Notes under the pieces: model-generated
The model's database searches: none
Seen by the model: the letters and a program-made list of their open reading frames with translations, nothing else
What the model was told of the DNA's origin: nothing
Made by a program: the position numbers and the translations under genes
Shown here: positions 1 through 5,471 of the stretch, piece by piece
Layout: each line of letters starts with the position of its first letter
Numbering within the stretch: the first letter of the stretch is position 1
Virus record (IMG/VR): IMGVR_UViG_3300021438_000004
Coordinates: 1 to 42,228 of that record
Origin: a virus
Direction: 5' to 3' (one strand)
Length of the DNA stretch: 42,228 nucleotides

Positions 1-108
1 TGGGACTACACAGAGGAGCAAGTCAATGAGCAGATTAATGCAGATACACGAAGTGACGGAGATTTATCAGAAGTTGGAGACGAAGTTATCGGACAAGACT
101 TGGACTGA
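1..108 (+). CDS. 3' fragment of the sigma-factor-like gene (duplicate of 42102-42209 caused by the terminal overlap; not an independent gene)
   Basis: Frame 1 is open from base 1 to TGA at 106-108 and is identical to the end of ORF 41505-42209. Confidence 0.85.
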   Translation, partial: WDYTEEQVNEQINADTRSDGDLSEVGDEVIGQDLD

Positions 109-127
109 TACTCTTTCAGAAGACGAT
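1..127. repeat. Terminal direct repeat, copy 1 (identical to 42102-42228)
   Basis: Compared both ends base by base: tgggactacacagaggagc...ctctttcagaagacgat is present at both termini. Implies a 42101-bp unit (circular or permuted assembly, or terminal redundancy). Confidence 0.97.
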
Positions 128-388
128 ATTAAATTCTTGAACGACGTCAAGGATGGGTATCAGAATCTTGTATCACAAGTTTATATTTTCATTGGCTACT
201 TCCATCAGTACATTGACCTTATTCAGGCATCTGCTATCTTCTCACCTCAGTACGCGGAAGCAGTTGCAGAGAACGGCAATGTCAGTCCAACACAAACTTC
301 GCCAGCCCCTGCCAATCGCGCTGAAAAGCGGGCTGCGAAGAAGTCAGGGCTAATCCTACCAGAAGATAAGAAGTTGGTGACTCCATGA
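26..388 (+). CDS. Hypothetical protein, 120 aa
   Basis: ATG at 26 with GAGGAG 7 nt upstream. Overlaps the sigma gene 3' end by 83 nt. The stop overlaps the next ATG (ATGA). No recognisable motif. Confidence 0.55.
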   Translation: MSRLMQIHEVTEIYQKLETKLSDKTWTDTLSEDDIKFLNDVKDGYQNLVSQVYIFIGYFHQYIDLIQASAIFSPQYAEAVAENGNVSPTQTSPAPANRAEKRAAKKSGLILPEDKKLVTP

Positions 389-522
389 TTTGCACTAAGT
401 GTCGCGCAGCAGGTACAGCCAATTCAGTTGGTGATACTGCGATTGCAGTTATGCTACATGAGCAGTGTGAGTTCAGAGATTGTTGTTGTCAGCATAAGAC
501 AGGTAAGTTAATTAAAAAATAG
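385..522 (+). CDS. Small Cys-rich protein, 45 aa (MICTKCRAAG...CEFRDCCCQHKTGKLIKK)
   Basis: Below the ORF-track size cutoff; translated by hand. ATGA overlap with 26-388. CxxC plus CxxxCCC-x-H suggests metal binding. Ends just before the terminator hairpin. Confidence 0.45.
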   Translation: MICTKCRAAGTANSVGDTAIAVMLHEQCEFRDCCCQHKTGKLIKK

Positions 523-526
523 GCAT

Positions 527-563
527 AAAAATAGCCCCCCACCCAGTTAAGGATGAGGGGCTA
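527..563 (-). terminator. Intrinsic terminator closing the minus arm; also the convergence point for the plus-strand genes 26-522
   Basis: Minus-sense RNA has AGCCCCUCAUCC / GGGUGGGGGGCU, a 12-bp stem including G-U pairs, with loop UUAACU. It is followed by AUUUUUAUGCCUAUUUUUU. Confidence 0.7.
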
Positions 564-596
564 CGAGTCTACCGCCTTCCACGAAAGCAGACTCAG

Positions 597-613
597 TGGT
601 CGGAATCCGACCA
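597..613 (-). repeat. Early-arm palindrome GGTCGG-AAW-CCGACC, copy 1 of 8
   Basis: tGGTCGGAATCCGACCa. Starts 1 nt after the stop codon (615-617) of the last minus-arm gene, upstream of the 533-562 terminator hairpin. Confidence 0.9.
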
Positions 614-614
614 G

Positions 615-767
615 TTAGTAATCACGTACTATGTTCAGTACATGAAGAACACCTTGTGCCTCAAGGCGTGTAATAATGTAATCTATCACAGATTGTTCAT
701 CTAGTGGTGGATTACCTGCTACTTCATCTCCGACAGTAATGGAGAAAGTAAAACTATTCATCTCCAT
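615..767 (-). CDS. Hypothetical protein, about 50 aa (MEMNSFTFSITVGDEVAGNPP...)
   Basis: The track ORF 615-824 was trimmed to ATG 767 (or 761), which follows AGGA and overlaps the stop of 754-888. The longer N-terminus would overlap the upstream gene in another frame. Confidence 0.5.
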   Translation of the reverse strand: MEMNSFTFSITVGDEVAGNPPLDEQSVIDYIITRLEAQGVLHVLNIVRDY

Positions 768-888
768 ACATCCTGTCAGGTTCGTTGCTCTCACTGCAAA
801 TGCATTCATAAATGAAGCGTCCACAGTCCTCGCAATCGTCTGTCTTACCCAGTGCTATGTCATCATCTAGTGGTGGTTCATAACTCAT
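754..888 (-). CDS. Small Cys-rich protein, 44 aa (MSYEPPLDDDIALGKTDDCEDCGRFIYECICSE...)
   Basis: Hand-translated, below track cutoff. AAGGA lies 8 nt upstream of ATG 888. Overlaps the stop of 878-1030. Carries CxxC...CxC. Confidence 0.5.
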   Translation of the reverse strand: MSYEPPLDDDIALGKTDDCEDCGRFIYECICSESNEPDRMYGDE

Positions 889-1030
889 GGTTGTATTCCT
901 TCCCTACTTGATAATCATCACATACTGCTTGTACTGCTTTGTCTAAGTTGCGTCTTAGTTCTTGCTTGACTGGTTCATCTAGGTGAGCGATTAACTCATC
1001 TGTCAATGTTGCCTGCCATACTATTGCCAT
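878..1030 (-). CDS. Hypothetical protein, 50 aa (MAIVWQATLTDELIAHLDEPVKQ...)
   Basis: Track ORF 878-1078 trimmed to ATG 1030. The upstream 16 codons are the translated palindrome (VVGFRP). An AAAGG SD lies between the palindrome and the ATG. Confidence 0.6.
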   Translation of the reverse strand: MAIVWQATLTDELIAHLDEPVKQELRRNLDKAVQAVCDDYQVGKEYNHEL

Positions 1031-1044
1031 TGTCGTACCTTTCT

Positions 1045-1063
1045 GTGGTCGGAATCCGACCAC
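1045..1063 (-). repeat. Early-arm palindrome, copy 2 of 8
   Basis: gtGGTCGGAATCCGACCac. Overlaps the stop (1063-1065) of 1063-1182 and lies 14 nt upstream of ATG 1030. Confidence 0.9.
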
Positions 1064-1182
1064 TACAAAGCAATCCATAAGATTGCGCTAACTGCGGTTA
1101 ATGTGGCGACAGAAGTCCAAAGCATAAGGAGTAGTTGCTCGCTTACACTTTCTGTTAGGCGTTCATAGTCGTCATGATACAT
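1063..1182 (-). CDS. Small membrane protein, 39 aa (MYHDDYERLTESVSEQLLLMLWTSVATLTAVSAILWIAL)
   Basis: Hand-translated. AGGAG lies 5 nt upstream of ATG 1182. Overlaps the whiB 3' end by 11 nt. C-terminal hydrophobic helix. Confidence 0.5.
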   Translation of the reverse strand: MYHDDYERLTESVSEQLLLMLWTSVATLTAVSAILWIAL

Positions 1183-1519
1183 CTTCTCTCCTATCGGGTA
1201 GTCCACGATAAGCAGATGACTCATAAGTTGATAGCCAATCTATTGGTTTCATCTTGAGAGCAGTCTGCATAGCGTGTCTTTCTAGTCTGTCCATACCACC
1301 CCAAATCCCAGTGAGATTGAAGTATTGCAGTGCATAACTTCGACACTCTCGCTTGGCGGGGCAGTCTGAACAGATTGAGCGAGCAAGTTCAGCCTCAGGA
1401 GTATGACTCCAGTTACGACCTCTGCCTGCTAACTCTTGCGGATGCCACCAATCAGGGTCGTATCCTTCTTCAGAACACGAAGCATGATTGGTGAACATTG
1501 GTAAGTGATTATCAAACAT
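1172..1519 (-). CDS. whiB: WhiB-family Fe-S transcription factor, 115 aa
   Basis: Four Cys, including CSDCPAKREC (C-X2-C-X5-C), followed by the GIWGG turn. Start trimmed to ATG 1519 with GAGGAG upstream; the earlier track codons are the translated palindrome. Confidence 0.9.
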   Translation of the reverse strand: MFDNHLPMFTNHASCSEEGYDPDWWHPQELAGRGRNWSHTPEAELARSICSDCPAKRECRSYALQYFNLTGIWGGMDRLERHAMQTALKMKPIDWLSTYESSAYRGLPDRREDVS

Positions 1520-1664
1520 CTGTCTCCTCGCTGGTCGGAATCCGACCAAGTGCAAGTTTATCCCATGCACAGGATTGACAGTAGTTACGCTCTGCTAGGT
1601 CGTGTGAAGCCACAACTAAGTGGCAATCACACTTCCAGCATTTAGCGTTGATGTAGTTGGTCAT
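1512..1664 (-). CDS. Zinc-ribbon protein, 50 aa (MTNYINAKCWKCDCHL...NYCQSCAWDKLALGRIPTSEETDV)
   Basis: Hand-translated. ATGA overlap with 1661-1864. CxxC...CxxC. Reads through palindrome copy 3, and its stop overlaps the whiB start. Confidence 0.55.
   Translation of the reverse strand: MTNYINAKCWKCDCHLVVASHDLAERNYCQSCAWDKLALGRIPTSEETDV
1532..1548 (-). repeat. Early-arm palindrome, copy 3 of 8
   Basis: tGGTCGGAATCCGACCa. Lies inside the 3' end of 1512-1664 (codons GRIPT), 12 nt upstream of whiB ATG 1519. Confidence 0.9.
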
Positions 1665-1864
1665 GCGTGACCTTCCTCTAGCGGAAGTTGCCCCGCTAGT
1701 TGCGCATAGTGAGTGGCTCTCACCATGAGTCGTGCGTGTTCAGTTGTATTTCCCTGCTTGAGTGCTTCTTCTGCATCATGCAGGAATAGTTCAGCGCGTA
1801 CGCCATAGTAGTACGGTGTAGGCGGTACAGGAATGTGTCTAGGTTGATTACTCACCAGCCCCAC
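1661..1864 (-). CDS. Hypothetical protein, 64-67 aa
   Basis: GTG at 1864, or GTG at 1855 (a GTGA overlap with the GATase stop). G-rich SD-like stretch upstream. No motif recognised. Confidence 0.55.
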   Translation of the reverse strand: MGLVSNQPRHIPVPPTPYYYGVRAELFLHDAEEALKQGNTTEHARLMVRATHYAQLAGQLPLEEGHA

Positions 1865-2685
1865 CCCCCTGTAACATCAGAGTTCCACCAGTTGCCACCC
1901 TTGCTAGAGTTACTGCCTTGATAGCATAGGCAATCGGTCTTGTAGACACTGCACATCCAGCAACATCCGCAAGTAGGGCAGAAGTCTTCTGCACTAGGGT
2001 CTTTGGGTTCATCTAGTAGCACAGTCTCGCATACATGGCACTCTGCCCAAAACTCTTCATCCTCTTTGAGTCCGAAGTTAAGTGGTTGAGCACTACGCCA
2101 TGAGTTGCTATAAGTAGACAGGTAGCATGAGTCGTTAGACCACCACACACCTGATGAGTCTACCTTGCCTTTGTTCTCGTGAATGAGATAGCACTGGTGC
2201 TTAGCACTAGGGTCTACTGTAAGGATGCAGACCTTAGAGCCTGATGTGAAATCTTCCATGAGGTTGAATACTTGGTCGTTATCTAGTGCAGATACACCAC
2301 CGATAGCAGGTAGCAAATCCTCTGCAAAGATACGAGTGTCACTGCGCAAGTCACCTTGCGGTTCGACAATAGGCAGGATGCCGTTGTGTGCTAGATAGGT
2401 GCGCTCATCTCCACCTACCTTGAATGGGTGACAGTTGTCCACTGTCATTGAGCCATGAGTGGCTAGTCGTGCGTGCCACATAGCATAGCCTTCAGGATAC
2501 TTAGCACGCATCTCTAAGAAGCGATTGACTGAAGTATCAGGGTTCATAGTGCGCTCACTATGGATACGGTTCTCACTTGGGATAACGATAGCAAAACCAA
2601 ATCCGTGTGGATTGTTGAGCGCAGAGTTTTCTAACTTCTCACGAGACGGAATTACATTGGGAGGAATTACACATAACATACACAT
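1852..2685 (-). CDS. Class II (Ntn) glutamine amidotransferase-like hydrolase with a Cys/Trp-rich C-terminal extension, 277 aa
   Basis: Starts Met-Cys. Carries NPHGFGFA, WHARLATHG, NCHPF and LAHNG blocks. The C-terminal ~70 aa has CHVC, CPTCGCCWMC, CLC and ends GGNWWNSDVTGGWGW. Confidence 0.85.
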   Translation of the reverse strand: MCMLCVIPPNVIPSREKLENSALNNPHGFGFAIVIPSENRIHSERTMNPDTSVNRFLEMRAKYPEGYAMWHARLATHGSMTVDNCHPFKVGGDERTYLAHNGILPIVEPQGDLRSDTRIFAEDLLPAIGGVSALDNDQVFNLMEDFTSGSKVCILTVDPSAKHQCYLIHENKGKVDSSGVWWSNDSCYLSTYSNSWRSAQPLNFGLKEDEEFWAECHVCETVLLDEPKDPSAEDFCPTCGCCWMCSVYKTDCLCYQGSNSSKGGNWWNSDVTGGWGW

Positions 2686-2701
2686 TGGCTTACTCTTTTC
2701 T

Positions 2702-2720
2702 GTGGTCGGAAACCGACCAC
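2702..2720 (-). repeat. Early-arm palindrome, copy 4 of 8
   Basis: gtGGTCGGAAACCGACCac. Abuts the amidoligase stop (2721-2723) and lies 16 nt upstream of GATase ATG 2685. Confidence 0.9.
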
Positions 2721-4175
2721 CTAGTTTTCATAAGGGGTTGAGTCAGAAGCGAACGATTCGCTCATGATTAGTGCGAGATTAGGATAAGTCTCTAGGTTCT
2801 CTGATACATACGCGGTAAAGCGTAGCCACGACAGAGCCTGATTCTTGGACGTAACCTTAAGGTCACGTGTGTACTCAACGGAAGCAGCAACGAACTCAAG
2901 TGCAGATAGCACTCTCTCCTTGCGTAACGAACCCTTGAATACGCGTACTTCTAGCGTGGCATCATTCTCGGTGTTAATAGCCGAGTATCTGCCATTAGAT
3001 TGGTTGCCAAACTTAACCTTCTCGATAAGTTTGCCTTTGTCACCAAAGGTTGCATAGTGGTTGCCACTACGCCCAGCGATACGCTCAACCTGTCGTTGGT
3101 TATCATAGATAAGTTTCATGAATCGTAACTCATGAGCCTGTCGCTTGAGGATAAGTTGTTCTCGGTCTACCCTGCCCCATGGACTCTCACCAGTACCAAA
3201 AGCGGTACGGGATACGTGAACATGAAGTCCACAGGTATCTGTATTCCATGAACGATAACCTTCACGCTTCAACTTAGGAATGAACTCCCAGTTGAAGTTA
3301 GTCTGATACTCCTGCAAGGTATGAGGATGAGTTACTACCTCAAAGCCGTCAGAGAGTGAGCCGTCATCCTTCATGTAGGCGTGACCACCTAACTCATTCT
3401 GAACTAACTCTGCACCTTCATAGCGAGAGTTATTGCGAGCCTCTACCTCTAACTCAAAGCCGAGATAGTATTGACCTCTGCCAAAGAAGTAGGGGCTAGG
3501 TCGGTACGAGTAACTATGGATTGCACCTTCGTCCTCGTCCTCTTGACAGTCGTGCCCATCTCCGTCCCAGCACTCTGAGCCACAGTCGTTACACTCATAG
3601 TAATAATCCTCATAGCAACTGTCACAGTAGAGCGTATCTCTGTACCACGTGCCGTTATCTCTGTGAAAGATGTCATCACATTGGTTGCAGGAATTGAAGT
3701 TATGGCGTCCTCCATTGTCGTTATAGTGTTCGTTGGCACAGTATTCACAACGTAGACTCCCTTCTATCTGAGTTAAATCGGTGAAACCGACAAGGTTGAG
3801 GCTACTGCGCCAATCGGTGTAGCGAGTAGTTGCATAGACTGTATCGCAATCTACACACTGATTAGAGTTACGATAGAGAGTTGAACAAGCGCGGTGAACG
3901 GTTAATTCTGTCTCTCTATCTGATAGATAAGCAGTAACGAACTGCCAATCTTGCTGGTCGGAATCCGACCGAATGAACTCAGGACGACCACAAGCCTTGC
4001 AGTTTGGAACTTCATCCATGACAGGGATGCGGTCAGGTATCTCCTCATGACCGTAGCGTACTTGGCAAGCACGACAACGCTCAGACTGATGAGGGTCTAA
4101 CTCAGATGATACGAATAGGTGGTTAGGCATACTGCAACGCTCACAGATACCGATACCTGTATAGCCGTATGACAT
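2721..4175 (-). CDS. Zinc-ribbon array fused to a glutamine-synthetase-like amidoligase (Amidoligase_2 type), 484 aa
   Basis: ATG 4175 with GGAG upstream. The N-terminal ~250 aa carry 8 CxxC pairs. The C-terminal half has GFELEVE, DDGSLSDGFEVVTHP and CGLHVHVSR. The track ORF's extra 82 N-terminal codons cross another gene and a palindrome. Confidence 0.8.
   Translation of the reverse strand: MSYGYTGIGICERCSMPNHLFVSSELDPHQSERCRACQVRYGHEEIPDRIPVMDEVPNCKACGRPEFIRSDSDQQDWQFVTAYLSDRETELTVHRACSTLYRNSNQCVDCDTVYATTRYTDWRSSLNLVGFTDLTQIEGSLRCEYCANEHYNDNGGRHNFNSCNQCDDIFHRDNGTWYRDTLYCDSCYEDYYYECNDCGSECWDGDGHDCQEDEDEGAIHSYSYRPSPYFFGRGQYYLGFELEVEARNNSRYEGAELVQNELGGHAYMKDDGSLSDGFEVVTHPHTLQEYQTNFNWEFIPKLKREGYRSWNTDTCGLHVHVSRTAFGTGESPWGRVDREQLILKRQAHELRFMKLIYDNQRQVERIAGRSGNHYATFGDKGKLIEKVKFGNQSNGRYSAINTENDATLEVRVFKGSLRKERVLSALEFVAASVEYTRDLKVTSKNQALSWLRFTAYVSENLETYPNLALIMSESFASDSTPYEN
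3956..3970 (-). repeat. Early-arm palindrome, copy 5 of 8 (inside coding sequence)
   Basis: GGTCGGAATCCGACC within the amidoligase N-terminal region, encoding RSDSDQ. Confidence 0.9.
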
Positions 4176-4177
4176 GA

Positions 4178-4339
4178 TTACTCCTGCTCGATGAAGTGCT
4201 TGAGTTCTTGATACTGATAGCGCCAGTATCTGCGTGATTCGTCTAACTGACGATTGTGAAGTGCGGTTGTGATTACAAGTGTTACTGATACGCCTAACGC
4301 AATCATGACTGCGATTAGGTCGGTTACTTCTAGGTACAT
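4178..4339 (-). CDS. Small membrane protein, 53 aa (MYLEVTDLIAVMIALGVSVTLVITTAL...)
   Basis: Track ORF 4178-4402 trimmed to ATG 4339 with AAAGG upstream. One TM helix. Its stop is 2 nt before the amidoligase ATG. Confidence 0.6.
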   Translation of the reverse strand: MYLEVTDLIAVMIALGVSVTLVITTALHNRQLDESRRYWRYQYQELKHFIEQE

Positions 4340-4357
4340 TTGGAACCTTTCGGGTAG

Positions 4358-4374
4358 TGGTCGGAAACCGACCA
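4358..4374 (-). repeat. Early-arm palindrome, copy 6 of 8
   Basis: tGGTCGGAAACCGACCa. Lies 18 nt upstream of ATG 4339, in the predicted 5' leader of the operon. Confidence 0.9.
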
Positions 4375-4409
4375 GTTGAAGTAAGGGCATGGTTGCCCCC
4401 ACTAAGATA

Positions 4410-4438
4410 AGAGTACGGCAATCGGTAACCTATGTCAA
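4410..4438 (-). promoter_or_regulatory. Candidate sigma-70-type promoter for the 4339-to-615 operon
   Basis: On the minus strand, TTGACA (4438-4433), a 17-nt spacer, then TACTCT (4415-4410). Sits downstream of the tandem terminators and upstream of palindrome copy 6. Confidence 0.35.
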
Positions 4439-4496
4439 ACGCGTATGACTTGAGCCCGCGTCCTCAGAGTACGGCTATAGATACGCCCCGCCCCCT

Positions 4497-4537
4497 CCAA
4501 CACAAACTTCTACCGACACAAACCTTTCCGACACAAA
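4497..4537 (-). repeat. Three direct repeats CCRACACAAA (minus sense TTTGTGTYGG)
   Basis: Copies at 4497-4506, 4513-4522 and 4528-4537, spaced 15-16 nt. They lie between the terminators and the candidate promoter. Confidence 0.8.
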
Positions 4538-4543
4538 ATCCGC

Positions 4544-4599
4544 GCCCGCGTTGCGCGGGCAAGCGAAAGCCCCGCCCCCCGATTAAGGGAGACGGGGCT
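4544..4599 (-). terminator. Tandem hairpin terminators after gene 4618-5271
   Basis: Hairpin 1 pairs 4568-4580 with 4587-4599 (13 bp including G-U) and is followed by UUUCGCUU. Hairpin 2 is GCCCGCG-ttg-CGCGGGC (4544-4560), followed by GCGGAUUUUGUGU. Confidence 0.6.
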
Positions 4600-4600
4600 C

Positions 4601-4615
4601 GGTCGGAATCCGACC
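4601..4615 (-). repeat. Early-arm palindrome, copy 7 of 8
   Basis: GGTCGGAATCCGACC. Starts 2 nt after the stop (4618-4620) of 4618-5271 and abuts terminator hairpin 1. Confidence 0.9.
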
Positions 4616-4617
4616 GC

Positions 4618-5271
4618 TTAGGCGCTAGCCTTTACAGGGTGTGAAACCGACAAGGCGCGAGAGTTTGCAATCTGCGCCTTAATCAAGCGCCCTAGTTTCT
4701 CCGCATTGTCGAAGTTATGGATGACCGCCTTGTCACCTTCCAATTCTTGAAAGAGCCCAAGCGCGAGAGTGACTACCGCGTCAAAGTCCACCGCGACCGC
4801 CTTAACCTTCTCTGAAATCTCCTTCTCACTCGCCACCTTCTTGCCCGCCCCGCGTGTCTCTGCTTCTGCCTTGTCCTCTGCCAAGCCTTCTGCAATCTTA
4901 GCGAACTCCGCGAATGAGCGAGAAATCTCAACGTTCGCCTTGAAATCTGCCTTACTCATAACGCGGAGAGCGTCCTGCGTGGTGGTGATGAGTTTCTTAA
5001 CGTTCACCTTCTCGCCACCTTTAAGGCTTCCCAAATTGTACGCGGCAACTACATAAGAGCGCCAAGAGGCTTTGGCGAATGTCGAACCTTCGCAAGCCTC
5101 GACAGTGGCAGCCCATCCACGAGTCGAAAGTGTGCCCGCAATTAGCAATTCTGCGGACTTATCGAACCAAGCGCGGAACGCGTCCTCGTTCACAGTGGCG
5201 CCCAATTCTTGAACGAGAACCTTGTTAGCCAAATCTTCTGCCTTTACTTGCTTTGGTGTTGCTGTTGTCAT
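4618..5271 (-). CDS. Hypothetical helical protein, about 217 aa, in a GC-rich, terminator-insulated cassette
   Basis: Long ORF with visibly higher GC than its neighbours. Start set at ATG 5271 (MTTATPKQ..., GAAAG upstream). Alternative starts are 5292 and 5328. The track start 5415 reads through palindrome copy 8. Confidence 0.65.
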   Translation of the reverse strand: MTTATPKQVKAEDLANKVLVQELGATVNEDAFRAWFDKSAELLIAGTLSTRGWAATVEACEGSTFAKASWRSYVVAAYNLGSLKGGEKVNVKKLITTTQDALRVMSKADFKANVEISRSFAEFAKIAEGLAEDKAEAETRGAGKKVASEKEISEKVKAVAVDFDAVVTLALGLFQELEGDKAVIHNFDNAEKLGRLIKAQIANSRALSVSHPVKASA

Positions 5272-5368
5272 TGTCGTACTTTCTATCATTCGAGACGTTC
5301 GCTCGACCTGATAAGAGAATGGTCTCATGGATAGGCACCAAAAGCAAATAGGCGCGACCCCTTCCAAA

Positions 5369-5385
5369 TGGTCGGAAACCGACCA
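5369..5385 (-). repeat. Early-arm palindrome, copy 8 of 8
   Basis: tGGTCGGAAACCGACCa, 97 nt upstream of ATG 5271. Confidence 0.9.
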
Positions 5386-5422
5386 CCCAAGCCAAGCCCC
5401 AGAGATACCCGCCAAAGGTCAC

Positions 5423-5442
5423 CAGAAGCCCGCAGAAGCCCG
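5423..5442. repeat. Perfect tandem 10-mer cagaagcccg x2
   Basis: Read directly: cagaagcccgcagaagcccg in the leader region of the GC-rich cassette. Confidence 0.85.
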
Positions 5443-5471
5443 AAACCCCCCAAGCGCGGGCAGATAGTCAC

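Noticed and set aside
4176-4421. N-terminal 82-codon extension of the 566-aa track ORF (2721-4421, minus)
   Set aside because: It overlaps the better-supported 53-aa TM gene and reads through palindrome copy 6 (GRFPTT). A GGAG SD precedes the internal ATG at 4175.
3781-4655. Exact 15-mer gtgaaaccgacaagg at 3781-3795 and 4641-4655, resembling a half-site of the palindrome
   Set aside because: Both copies are in coding sequence. By rough estimate, one or two chance 15-mer identities are expected in a 42-kb genome, so it cannot be distinguished from coincidence.
597-5385. Could the 8 palindrome copies be a CRISPR array or MITE-like elements?
   Set aside because: Spacing is irregular (about 230 to 1240 bp). 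Copies sit at gene boundaries or inside ORFs. The unit is only 15-19 bp with no flanking target duplications. There are no cas genes.
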